Shown piece after piece: positions 26,110-39,301 of a stretch of 64,000 nt of DNA (positions within the stretch are counted from its first letter, which is position 1; the number at the start of each line of letters is the position of its first letter). Source of the stretch: Amoebidium appalachense (Eukaryota > Protista > Ichthyosporea); assembly GCA_963693365.1 (NCBI GenBank), contig CAVNZM010000017.1, positions 6,252,708 through 6,316,707 of the forward strand. The letters run 5' to 3'. The notes under the pieces are model-generated. The model was not told the origin of the DNA and did no database searches. It saw only the letters and a list, made by a program, of their open reading frames with translations. The position numbers and the translations under genes are program-made.

Positions 26110-27198
26110 GGGCAGGCAATTTGGTTGGGCTGCCGATGATTTCATACAGCGAGTACAGGGCAGTTTTGGCTACGGAAGACACAGTGGAGATTGATTTTGG
26201 TGTGCGTGTGCGTGCGTGCGTCCGTGTGTGTGTGTGTGTGTGTGCGTGTATGTGCGTGTGTGTGTGTGTGCGTGCATGCGTGCGTGTGCGTGTGCGTGTG
26301 CGTGTGCGTGTTGTGCGTGTGCGTGTGCGTGTGCGTGTGTGTGTGCGCGCGCATGCGCATGTGGCACTGCCGGCAGGTACACGTGCTATGGGTGGAGAGC
26401 TTAGATCAGCAGATTTTTTGTTTTATTCCTTTTTTTGGGGGCACGGGGGGGAGGGGGAGGGGGGGATGGGTGTTGCGCATGTGTGTATGTGCTTAAACTA
26501 ATGCGTGCGGGAATAACCAATACTAATGGTACTCTGACACACTTACACCATATTATCGCACCAATTAGCCAAATATAGCAAAGGTGCTGCACAGTTACCT
26601 CACATTTCCCCCCGGCCCCTCCCTCTCCCCTCCCCTTGCCCATCCACACACCCAGACACCCACACACTATGACACGGGCGCGCACAACCTAAAAACAACA
26701 ACCACCATCTCCAACACATAACACAGCACTTGTTTATGCCTTTTCTCAAATATGGAAGTTCAATTACTGACCAAAACAGACAAAAAAAATGACCCACTAC
26801 CATCTCTCCCTACTTGCATCATTGTACAACATGCGCTTCTGCTTGCATAACGCACACACGTGCAATGTGGCATAACTACTCCAGCTGCATCAACACACAT
26901 ACTTCCTGAATGTACGCATGTTCGGGCAAATGAGCTTTCATATGCAACAACCCGATTTGAGCAAACAAACAAACAGGGGGGAAACAGACTGAAATTTTTA
27001 AAAGGGGAGGGGCCGGGGAAAACAGAGTGCCAAACGAAGAGTAGTGGAGGTTGAGAGGAAGGGGGGGGGGGGGAAGGTTCTTTTTTATCTCAAATAATTT
27101 CTATTTTTGGGGGGGAGGTGGGAGGGGAGGAAGTGGGAGGGGGGGAAGTAGAGAGGTTGGGGGTTGGGGGGGGGGGGGGGGGGGGGGGGGAGGGGGGG

Positions 27199-27233
<35 letters not shown>

Positions 27234-27372
27234 TGGATGAGAGGGTGAGTGGGTGGGTGGGTGCATGCATGCGTGTGTGCGTGAGTTGGGAGAGAGGGGG
27301 GCGGGGGGCGGGGTGGTTTCACAGTGCTGTTTTCTAAGAGAACAGTCAGACCAAAATCTGACACGTGTATGT

Positions 27373-27430
<58 letters not shown>

Positions 27431-27608
27431 ACGCGCGCGCGCGTGCGCGTGTGCGCGTGTGCGTGTGCGCATGCCCTTGTGTGCATGTTGTGTGTGTACG
27501 TGGTGCACGCACGTGCTCCCGTGGCGTGTTTGTGCGTGTGCTGTGTGTGTGCAAGCCCACGCGCCCGCCGGCATGCGCACGTGTGTGTGTGTGTGTGTTT
27601 GTGTGTGC

Positions 27609-27643
<35 letters not shown>

Positions 27644-28440
27644 TGCAGGGGCTGGTTTTGCCGGGGGAAGGGGAGAGGGGGGGGGGGCGGGGATATGAGG
27701 TTACATAAGTGCGGGGGAGAAGGAGGGGTGGAGGGGAGGGAGGGGGATGGGCGAGGGGGGCGGGAGAGGAGGGAGGGGATGAGGAGGGGGGGATATTCTA
27801 TTTAGGACGTATTTAGGACGAGTGCAGAAAAACAAACCCTCCAAAAGTTCAAAAAATTGAAAACATGTCGAAAGCTCAGAACAGTTGGGAATGCGAATGG
27901 CACAGTCAGCCTTACGTGAGCGGGCTTACATGCCGCAACCAACTGAAAGGACTTAGACTTCTGAACTGCTACGTACGTGGTTTTTAAATAATTCTTTAAC
28001 GAATGGGGTATGGCTGTTCATTAGAGCATGGGAGCAGGAGAGTGTGAAATAAAAATTAAAAAAAAATAAAGTAATAAAAAGTGTTAAATGAAAAAGGCAG
28101 GTAAAGATCACAGACCTAGATTAAGAGACATTAGAAACAAAATTGAAAGAGGAGGAGGGGGGGGGGAGGGGGAAGGGGGGTTTGTAACCTTTATTGAGAA
28201 ATTTTGATTTACGAGTAGGTATGGGCTTTTGAGGTGTGGATGTCCCAATTTGGATAGCCGGGTCCGCTAATACCTGCGTTTGATAAGGCAGTGAGGCGTG
28301 TGCCTGGACAATCCAAACTGCAGAAGATATAAGTATATCCAAATGGGGGTATATCCTCACCCGATGATTTACCCCTCTTCTTAGTCTCCGCGCTTCTAGC
28401 CAATGAAATTGCAGAAGACTCGGGCCCTAACATCCAATGA
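26110..28440 (-). pseudogene. decayed TKL kinase exon relics (duplication copy 1)
   Basis: VSDFGLTVLLENSTV at ~27320-27363; 28195-28260 is a degraded homolog of the HRDLK exon at 43345-43445. Confidence 0.55.
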
Positions 28441-29233
28441 AAATGCCCCGTTGAGATAGTGGTTGGATAAAGAAACTATCTTTGAAACGCCAGCGAGACA
28501 CATACACCTAAAGGCCCTATGAATCAATAAAATATGACACGGGCACCAAATTTCACAAATTTCACAAACTTTCAGCACATGTCACTTTGGTGCCCAGTGT
28601 TAACGTTCTTTCTTAGTTTTCTTTTGTTCTCGAAGTCCCCCCCCCCCCCCCCCCCCCCCCCCTCCCCCCCTCCCCCCTCCCCCCGACCCTTCCCCTCACC
28701 CCCCCCCCCCCCCCCCCAACCCCTCCCCCCTCCCCTCGGCACCCCTTAAAAAAAAAGAAGAAGAAAAACTAGAAACCCTTAGAAGCTCATCAAGTTACTC
28801 CCGGAGCGCTGGCAGGGGGGGGGGGGGGGGGGGGGGGGGGGGGAGGGTTGGTTGGTTGGAAATACAGGGGCACGGCACAGTAATTGGCAAGAACCCAATT
28901 ACTAGCTGCCAATGAAAATTGTCATTTTGATAGTTGGTGGTGGGTCACGGTGGGGTATTCTATGAACAAAATATAAATCACGTAACAAAGAGCAATGGGA
29001 ATTTTAAAGAAATAAATCATTAAATATTTGAAAAATAAATAAATAAAAAGACGTTATATATGTCTCCACGTACTGCATGTATGTTGTACGAACACGGTGT
29101 GTATCTTGTAACGTCGTTTTCTACATGTGTATTTTGTTAGGGTGGAAGTACAATTTGCCTTTGGTACCGGCCGCATTACCCCATCCGGCTCACATTAATT
29201 AATTAATTAAAGTCTTTGATAAACATCAATGAT

Positions 29234-29286
<53 letters not shown>

Positions 29287-29635
29287 ATGGCAACGATGCA
29301 CCCACTAGTAGACGTATTTCTGCGTGCTCACGGACATCATGGTACGTGGAAGAAGAGGTGGAGGTGAACCCTGGCCAGGAAAACATCTATTAGTATGGGC
29401 AAGGATCAGTGGGGAAGGGGGGGGGGGGGGGGGGGGGGGGGGGGTGAGGGGAGAGGGGGAGAGGGGGGCCTGCACCGGCTCCTGGTGCCTTCCTTGTATA
29501 CATTTCTTGTTTTGTTCTATTAGGTTTTGCTCACGGGGGAGCCCCTTAGGGGATTCCCATGGGAACTGCCGTATTTTTATTAGCACCGACTGTACCCTAG
29601 CTGGTAGAAAAATATCTCCCGGCCTCCTTTTCCAT

Positions 29636-29671
<36 letters not shown>

Positions 29672-30588
29672 CCCTTTCCCCTCCCCCTCCCCCTCCCCCC
29701 AGCCGCAGATGATATCACCCCTTTCTGCGCTCTCCCCCCCCCCCCCACACACACACACCTATTCGCCCACCACCACCAGCAGCCCCAATTCATAATGGCA
29801 TGGGCGTGCTACGACAGGTGGGGGGTAATACAAGCCGGTAACGTTAACCGTATAGGGTTAAAAATGAATTGCTGTTAGTATAGTATATTCGTTTTTTTTT
29901 ATAGGGTATTTATTAATTATTCATAACATTATCACTCCATCACTCTATGCCCCTTTATGGGCCTGACCTAACCAGCTCTTCCCCCCCCCCCCCCAAAAAA
30001 AAAAAAAAAATCCCACCCACCCTCCCGCCTTCCACACACCACACACGCTAACACACACACATGTAAACACACACACACCAACACACACACGCACGCACAC
30101 ATACCGTGGCATAGGAGGCTCAAAAGAAGTCTATTACAAGTAAAGATCTGTAGAGTATACCAGTTTCAGTGCACCAGAATTCAAAGGAAAAGAACACATT
30201 TTCTTGCCTGAACGGAACCAGCGACCGTCAAAAACTCCGTGGGCCATGGGCAGGGGGTTGGGAGGGGTACTGGGGGGGGGGGGGGGAGGGGGGACGGGGG
30301 AAGGTAAGGGGGGGGGGGGGGGGGGGGGAGGATTTGAGATTGTGCTGGGCTAGGGGTTGCAGAATTGGGATTATAGCCCGTTGTTGGGCTAAGGGCGAAA
30401 ATACACACGATTTTTAAATTCGGCCCACTTGTGTAAAGATGGGTTTGGGGTCGGATGTTTGGTATGGGCCTTTGTGCGAAAAGGCCTCGAAAGACAAAAA
30501 CGTGGGTAGAGAGCGGTTGGGTGGGTGGGCGAAGAATGTTTTTTTGTTTCTTTCTTTCTCCCTTTCGTTTTTTTCTTTTTTCTTTTTT

Positions 30589-30633
<45 letters not shown>

Positions 30634-31271
30634 GGGAGGGAGAAGAGGGCTCCGAGGCCACGGGGAAAAAAGGGAACCAAGAGGAAGGGGGTGGTGGTGG
30701 AGTGTGGGTGTGTGTGGGTGTGTGGAGGGGGGTGGGGTTGGGGGGGCCGGGGGGGGGAGGGGAGGGAAGGAGGGGAGGGGAGGGGTGTGTGGATGCTAGC
30801 GACGGTCGCATGTGTGGGTGCGAGGTGAGTGTGTGCGTGTGCAATGTCACGTGCAAATCTCCCTCGATCTTACATTGACGTGTACAGCAAATTGCTAACA
30901 AACGCATTCTGCAGCCGGTGGCACAAAACCAAAAAACACTGCATCTTTTGTTGTGATAGTATTATACAAAGCCTTTATTTCATGCTTTTGCGGCCCTTTG
31001 AGATCAATACAATTTCAGCAACCAAAATTGTACCACTGGCACAAAATCTCCACATGAAAAATACATTGGCAAATCCCACCGTAGGTGCACGGCATAAAGC
31101 CTGCACATGCCTTTCGCTTCTGAATCTACACAAATTATGATTCCATTTGTCACCAATATATAAATCTCACATCACTGCAAATCACAGCAGGAATTTAACC
31201 CAATCACCCAATCCCCGGCCTTGTCTGCCAATATGCCAGCATAATATACACAGTCACACCCCCACACCTCT

Positions 31272-32543
31272 TCAGTTGTCCTCCCCCTCCCCCTTGCCAT
31301 ACTCATACCCACCGTGCCCATACTTGGGGGTGCAAGAAGTGAACTCGATCTCATGCCCCACCTTAGCCCCAGCCACAACAGGCGTCACATTATCGACTCC
31401 CTTAGCCCCAAAATAGTGCCCGGTGCCTCCGGTGACGGCGAGGGGATAGCTGGAGCCCTTCTTGACGTCAAACGTGGGGCCTTCGAGACTGATGGTGCCG
31501 ATGACCTTCTCACCCTTCATGAAGCGGAAGGTGTAGGAGCAGTAGTAAATGCCCTTAGAGTAGTCGAACACACCGCACGTACCGTAGATGTCGCCCAACT
31601 GAAATGGAAATGGAGAGATATTGAATGGAGGGTCTTCGAAACTTGTACATGTTGAGGGCCCACTACAAAAAAAAAACAAAAAAAAACAGAGAATCATGGC
31701 TTGTGCGCATGCTCAATTTTGTTTTTGGAGTTTTTTGGGTAGTGGGTTCTTCCCTTCATTATATTCCGAGGGTTCACAAATTTGTACGCATATGGAAGTG
31801 GTAACTAGATTAGAACAAGTGCCGTATGGTGAAAATTTACTCCTCTAGATGTTCTATCCTCTCGCACATGATTTAACATACTTTTTGCCAGGGGGGGGGG
31901 GAAGGAGGCTGGAGCTAAGGGAGAGGGGGGGGGGGGGGGGGGGGGGGGGAGTCGGATCATTGTAAGAGAGAGAGTGTGTGCGTGGGGGGGGGGGGGGGGG
32001 GGGGGGGGATGGGAGGGGGCGCGGATGGGAGGGCGCGGAGTGAGACTTTCAAGTCGTAATGGGCAAAGGGGGGAGGGGGGGGGGGGGGGGGGGGGGGGGG
32101 AGGGGGAGGGGGGGGGGGGGGTGGCGGGACTGTCGAGTTTCCGGTGTGGGTGGGTGCGTGGGGAGGGGAGGGAGTCCTAAGAGAGAGAGGATCTGTGAAA
32201 GCTGGTAGGGCCAAAGAGGAAAAGAAGAGGAAAAGAACCCTACCTGCTTGCCCTTCTTGCCGTGCTTGTAGTCGTACATTTGGTCGCGGAACAAGAAAAA
32301 CGACCCATTTGATGTGAGATCCATGGAAGGGTGCACCACTTCCTTGCCAAACACGTCCAGCACCGACACCTTCTGTGTAGCGCACACCTTAGCCCCGTGA
32401 TGCCCGTGACCCATGCCGCCATCGTACACGTCGGAGGGTCTGGGGGCAGGGCCCTCGCCATGTCCATGGTCGGCATAGTGAGGCTGCACAGAGGTCGCGT
32501 AGGCGCCAGCAGCCAAGAGGGCGGACAGAGCAAGAGACAGCAT
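31272..32543 (-). CDS. secreted dirigent/AOC-like protein, copy C (208 aa, 2 exons)
   Basis: Exons 32543-32244 and 31598-31272; protein nearly identical to copy A; TGA stop. Confidence 0.85.
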
Positions 32544-33206
32544 CGTGCTTGCAGGTGGAGGTGGGTGTTCGAAGGGGGGAGGAGGTTGAAGTGATTGGTA
32601 GTGGCAGACTTGCTGTGTGGCAGAAATAGTGGTGTGCTGCGTATTTATAGAAGAGAGAAATCACACAGCGTGCATGACATCATCGTAGAGGAGGTCATTA
32701 TCACACGTTAGATAAGACTATCAGGTATCACATTGTGACAGGCCTTGTTCTGTCTCACTGTATACTGTCACTAATACTAGCTATATTAGTACTGTCCAAT
32801 AGCAGGCATCGAACTCACAGGGCATGCATGCAAGTGTCCACAAGTGTGCAATCCAAAAAAACGAGTGTACAAAAAACAGTGTGCACGTGTGCGTGTGAAA
32901 ATTACATATAGAAATGTCAGAAATAGACATGCACATATGCCGTCTTTTCTGTAGATGTGAGATGGACGGCGCCAGTCCGTGTCGGATCATGCAAAGCTGT
33001 AAACAGTAATGAATGCCCATCAGTGTACATATTTGTACACAGGAGTGAGCTCGAGGCAAAGCAAAACAGCTTTGATGTATACCATCTTTATTAATTTTTT
33101 AATGTTTGTAATGTGGAGCTCGCACGTTCAAAGTTCCCTTACATGCGGATCTGCCGTAACGCGAACTGCATGCACAGTGTGCTCTGTCTGCGCAGCTGAG
33201 TCTGAG

Positions 33207-33433
33207 AATCTCCCGGGATCCAATCACTAATCGTTTAGAGTATGCCGCAAGATCTACCAATGACAAAAACGAACCCAAGGTTCGGAACAGGGTTCGAATT
33301 CTGTTTTTGGAACTTTGGGTTAGGGTCCAAATTGTTTGGGATTCGCCAAAAAAACTTTGGGAAAAGCGTTTGGGAATATCCTGGGCGTGCACAAAACAAA
33401 AACGTGGCATGGCCTTCTTTCTGGCCCTACAGT

Positions 33434-33487
<54 letters not shown>

Positions 33488-33492
33488 CCCCC

Positions 33493-33548
<56 letters not shown>

Positions 33549-34033
33549 CCTCCGCCCAGTGATCATGACTCTCGGTAGTACCCCCACTTACAGGCCGCTA
33601 CCTCCCCTCCCCCCCCCCCCAAAACCCCTCGAGGCCTCCCCAGAAAGCCCCCCCCCCCCCCGGGTGCCAATCTAAACTCCCCCCTCCCCCCCCCCTCTCA
33701 AGCTCCCCCTGGCACATGCACACCGATATTCACCCACAGTCCACTTTACCCACTCCTCGAGTCGACGTCCCTCTCCTCCTCCCCCCCCCCCCCCCCCCCC
33801 CCCCCCCTTAACTGAGCCTCCCCACCTGCCCCCTCCTTTCCCCCCCCCCACCCCATCCTATGCCCAACTTAGGTTCTTTGGGGATCCAAAAACATTTTTT
33901 GGGAAATTCCCAAACGTTTTTTGGAACTTTCGACCCCTGGTTTGGAATTCGGCAGATCTGGATATAAAGTATTTAATTGGAGAATCTAGCGAAGTTTACC
34001 CTAAACTATTAGCGATTGGATCTGCAGGAGATT
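33207..34033. mobile_element. paralog of the 22617-22810 MITE, split by a nested insertion
   Basis: Same inverted ends (aatctccc.ggatccaatcactaatcgtttag / ctaaactattagcgattggatct...ggagatt). Confidence 0.7.
33288..33939. mobile_element. hAT-type MITE (~650 bp)
   Basis: CAGGGTTCGAA...TTCGACCCCTG ends. 8-bp flanks gttcggaa/gtttggaa. The paralog has a single gtttggaa (empty site, ~22702). Confidence 0.8.
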
Positions 34034-35553
34034 TACAGATTTCGCTTACGCAGATAACCACACACATGCGAAAAGAGTTCATGCATGTGTACGTGGCAAA
34101 AATATGATACAGCATGGTACATAGCAACGAGCATCTGTGTTCGTTGGCTTCACTTTCACCTGCATGTATGTACATGCAGTGCTGATATTCAATAAGTTCT
34201 CAAGAAGAACTCTTATGTTACTTACGTACGTACCGCATGTACACACCGCGCAAGCGCATGTCCGTTGTGTGTAAGACAGATGAGACATGGTCTATTATTA
34301 GCTGCACAGTGCAGAATTAAAACAACTGTCAGACCGCTTTCTTTCTGTAGAGAGTGGCAAAACGACGGCATATTTGTAATTTGCTCGGCGTGGCTGGGGT
34401 AGTAACCCTGGGCAAAGCGTGTCCTAATAGTTAGGTTTGTGAGGGATGGCAATATATATAAGCTTAGCTGAGCACATAGATAGCGCCCTAAATAGTGTAA
34501 TGTCCGTGCTGTGTGGTAGACGGTAGTTCCCTAAAGAGCCTGAAAGGGTCCTCCGGGAACAAAACTGGATAAAATCTGTAACTTGTTGCAAAGCTGCCAC
34601 AGTATGCTTGACAGCAAGCCTTAAAGATGTGTCGACCTTTATAATGCTATCTCGTACTAATTGACACATATGAAATGAATACACCAATCAAATGCGACCA
34701 AATAATCTGCCGCAATTTGCTTTGTGTCATGCAGTGACATGCGGCAACTTTTGCGCAGCTCAAAGGAGCTCAAAGGCGACGACTTGGTCTGCCCTTTGAG
34801 GGTCATCAGCCACCAGTGACGGAACAAGGGGGTAAAAAAAAACTTATAATAAACAGGAAAAAAACGCCTCTTCAATCACTGGTGGCTGATGACCCTTCTC
34901 GAACATCAGCGGTCCTGCACACTTCAAGTCTCTTTTCCAAAAACAATGGAAACAAGGAAACATTGATGCTGGGGAGCATGAATTGCTATGTTTGTGCAAG
35001 ACGGCTTCACGGAGAAAAACCCACACACACTCATAAACACGTTCACCCTCTAGTTAGCCAGGCTATTTATATCGTAGTTCTGCCCGAAACCTAGTAAATT
35101 GCCAAACGCATGTGTAGTAGCATGATGTACGAAAGATAGATGATGTTTATCCCGTTAGCACGCAAACAGTTGGGTGCAAGGGCTCTGTCAGCCTCCGAGA
35201 ATTAAGTAGCCTGGCTAAAGGGAAAACATCTTTCTCCCTGTGCCTGTACGTCACACATGCGAGGTACGCATAAAGTAGCACGTGAACAGTACGGAGGTCT
35301 AGATACCTGCACCCGTAACGGGCGCCTTGCGCGTCCACACATCCACTCTTGAATCTCGGACTCGGTACCCACACACGTGTGTGTGTGTGCATGCGTCATG
35401 TGGGCACGCGTGTGTCCCCGTGTGTGTGCGCGACGGGCACACACGCTTGTGTCCGTATGTGCAAGTGTGTGTGGTAAAGAATTCTAAGATTTGTGGCAGG
35501 GTGGGGGAGTGTGCGTGGGTCGGTGTGGTTGTTTGCACGGTGTGTGTGTTGGG

Positions 35554-35584
<31 letters not shown>

Positions 35585-35730
35585 GTGAGGTAGAAAGACT
35601 CCGGGTGCTGTGGGAGGTGGGGAGGTGCACTGTGGCAAAGCTGATGATTCAGCCGACCTTTTTTTTGCTTTCCAGTGAGACCCGGTACAGGTGCACGTGC
35701 ATGTTTAAGTGCAGGTCTGTGGGTTTATCG

Positions 35731-35800
<70 letters not shown>

Positions 35801-36129
35801 TGTGTTTGTGGTGTGATGTGGTGTGCATATACGTGGGTGGTTGAGTGTTGGTACACATGTTATAATGGTGCACGCGAGTGGCAAATTGTGTTGTGTGCCC
35901 GGCGAGTTCGTGCACGTGCATGCACTACATCACAGGGCATACACATTACACATGCCAGTACGATTATTGCTGCCAGGAAAAGGAATGATTCGAATTTCTT
36001 TGTAGATGGGGTTTCTGTGTCGAAAAACACAGATCCGAGGACCAGAAATGGACTTTAAATGAAGTAGCTTTATAAGCCTTTAGATTTGTGTGTGTGTGTG
36101 TGCGTGTGTGTGTGTGTGTGTGCGCGCGC

Positions 36130-36169
<40 letters not shown>

Positions 36170-36198
36170 CTTTTCTTTTCTTTTCTTTCTTTTTTCTT

Positions 36199-36252
<54 letters not shown>

Positions 36253-36302
36253 TGGGGGGAGATACAGAGATACACACAAAAGGGAACGAACTCAAAAACA
36301 CA

Positions 36303-36348
<46 letters not shown>

Positions 36349-37016
36349 CACACACGCACAACATCCACACATACCCAGACACCCATCACCTCGTCGACAA
36401 TCCAACTATAATACTGCTTCGATACAGCTTCGCCACTTGAACACAGGAGGAAGAGGGGGGAGGGGGGGTTGCTAAACGTGTGGTTCATAAAGGAACATAA
36501 CACTAACAAGGAGGATTGCAATCTAAGACAAGCCAAAAACTGGTGACCCAGACTTAGGGACCACCGTGAGGGACATCAGGGAAGGATAGCTCAAGGGATT
36601 GCAGAGCCTGGAACGTGGGCGGGAAGGGTGACGTGCCCAGTGTCGAGTTGTCTTGGGAAGTTGTTCGGAAGGAGTAGAAAGTTCGATTCCGGGAGGGAGG
36701 GGCCGAAGGGGGGGGGGGGGGGGGGGGGAGGGGGGGGGTGATGTATGCGTTGGAGGGTTGGAAATATGGAGGAGGCAACAGGGAGCCAACAGCAAAGCGT
36801 CACAAAAGTGGAACCCAAAATCAAACACGGAGGGGGGGTGGGGGGGGGGGGGGGGGGGGGGGGAAGAGGTTAGAAGAGACCGTGTGTGCATGGGAGAGAG
36901 GTTGTGTGAAGAGAGAGAAAGGGAGTGAAGGTGAGGGGAGGGGGGGGGTGAGAGATAGGGAGAGAGAAAGTGTGTGTGTCGATGAGGAGTGTGAAGAGAG
37001 GGGGGGGGGGGGGGGG

Positions 37017-37055
<39 letters not shown>

Positions 37056-37320
37056 AGGAGGAATGAAGGAGGGAGGGAGAGCCCGGGGAGAGAGAGACGG
37101 CGGCCAGGGGGAAGGGAGGGGGAAGGGAAGGGCGGACGAGAAGGGAAAAAAAGAGGGAAAAACCGACCGTGTGTGCATGTGAGAGCTGACGGTGCTGAGT
37201 GAATGAGGCGAGAAGGGGGGGGGGGGGGGGGGGGGAGGAAGAGTGATAGAGACAGACAGAGAGTGTGTGTGTGTGTTTGTGTGTGCGTGTGATATATATG
37301 TATAAATATATATATATATA

Positions 37321-37377
<57 letters not shown>

Positions 37378-38425
37378 ATACAAATAGAGAGCGGGGGTAG
37401 GGGAGGGTTACGCTGTTTACTCGGGGCACAGAGAGAGACAGAGGAGGGGGGGGGGGGGGGGGGGGGGGGGAAGGAGGGAGGGAGGGAGAGGAAGAGGGAG
37501 AGGGAGAGAGGGGGGGGGGTTAGGGAGAGAGAGAGGGAGGGAGTAGAGAGGGAGGGAGTTGGGGGAGAGGGAGGGAGAAGGGAGGAAAGGATGGAGGGGG
37601 GAGGGACGGACGGACGGACGGACGGACGGAGGGAGGGAGGGAGAGGGAGAGGGAGGGGGGGGGGGAGTGAGGGGGCGAGGGGGAGGGGGGTAAGAAGGGA
37701 GGAAAGGAGGGAGGGCAGGGTGCGGGGGGAGGGGGAGGAGAGGGAGCGGGGAGGAAGGGAGGAAGGGATTGAGGGGGGGGGGGGGCGGGAGGGAGAGGGC
37801 GGAGAGAGAGGAGAGAGGGGGGGGGGAGAGAGAGAGAGGGAGAGGGAGAGGGAGAGGGAGAGGGAGAGGGAGGGGGAGAGGGAGAGGGAGAGGGAGAGAG
37901 AGGGAGAGAGAGAGAGAGAGAGAGAGAGAACATGCATAGCCTTAAAGTAAACTGAGTTCCACAATCTTTGCTCGTGCATGGAGAGGGGTTGGGAGGATGG
38001 AAACGATGGGAATGGGGAGAAGTGTGTGTGTGTGGGGGGCGGAGGGGGGGGAGGGGGGGGGAGGGTTCGTGGATGTAAATGTTGATACAACTCGGTTAGG
38101 CCATGACATCATGGTTACAGAGCAAAAGCACGTGGTTTGCACATGGAGTTGGAGATTCGAAAGAACTTCTTGCGGGATGTGAGTAACCCCAAGAGTTGAC
38201 AAAAAGAATTAAAAAAAAACAAGAAAACCCCCCCCAAAAAAGGGTAGAGGGGTGCGTGTGGGGGGAGGGGAGGGGGGGGGGGGGGGGGGGGGGGAGCACA
38301 AAAGTCGAAAGATGGGAAACTGTAGCTACTTAACCGTGGGCAGGAGGTGTTGGGGATACCGAAGAAAGAGGGGCGGGGGGTGGGGGGGGGGGCAAAACAA
38401 AAAAGGAAGGGATGGGGGGGGGGGG

Positions 38426-38459
<34 letters not shown>

Positions 38460-39301
38460 GGGGGCACTTACCTTGAATCATCGTGTCAGAACAAGAGCCA
38501 CTTTCGTGATGCCGAGACCGCGACTGAAATCACTAAAATGGGAATCGTAACCGGCCGGCATCTGACGAAGAGGTCGAGCTAGGCTCAGTATTTGGTAACA
38601 TGTGCTGCTGGTAAGGACACAGCTCAGGGCTCTACTCAAATTCTCTACTCAATATGCTCAAAGTATACCTTCCCAAGTTTGGGTGGCCCTGAATGGCTCC
38701 GCAGCCCCCAACACACAAGCTTCTACCATCCGAACACTATTAGCTGAAAGTCATTATGTCCTATAACGCTTCGCCTCAAATCCACAGGACGACAACCTTA
38801 AGTGCTTAAGTTAAGGAAAAGACACACGTGTCACCTCCACTGTTTGCCCAGTCACAGGATGTGCAACAAAAAAAAAAAAAAAGGAACCTCATGAAGTGAG
38901 TTTACAGTACGGGCGCCAGACCTGCGGCAACAACTGCTCACCGCCAGCAGTGCGCGATTGGCAGAATCGATTTGCGCAATATGGGCCTCCGCCGCCCAGC
39001 GCGTTAGCATTATAAAGGTCGACCGATCTTTAACTCTTGTTACTGTGGGTACAGGTCAGGTGGTGTCAAGTTGTTCTGTCTAATTAGTTGCTTTGGGTTT
39101 CACACTTGTCAGCTCACGATCCGATTTCTACATATGGTTATGCTGACCGCACTTGCACTGCTGTCATGCACGCCGTGCGATTTCGCTTTTCTATAAAAAC
39201 ACAGGAACGGCGCCTTTTCAGCCACACAGCAAGTCTGCCACTGCCACTACCAGTCACCTTACCCTTCTCCCCCCTTCCACCCACCTCCACCTGCAAGCAC
39301 G

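Larger units (their letters stand above)
19800..29150 (+). repeat. segmental duplication, copy 1 (~9.3 kb)
   Basis: Collinear matches to 30110-44275: ccagcgac.gtcaaaa, dirigent-like pair, MITE, kinase relics, terminal ttttctacatgtgtat. Ends approximate. Confidence 0.85.
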
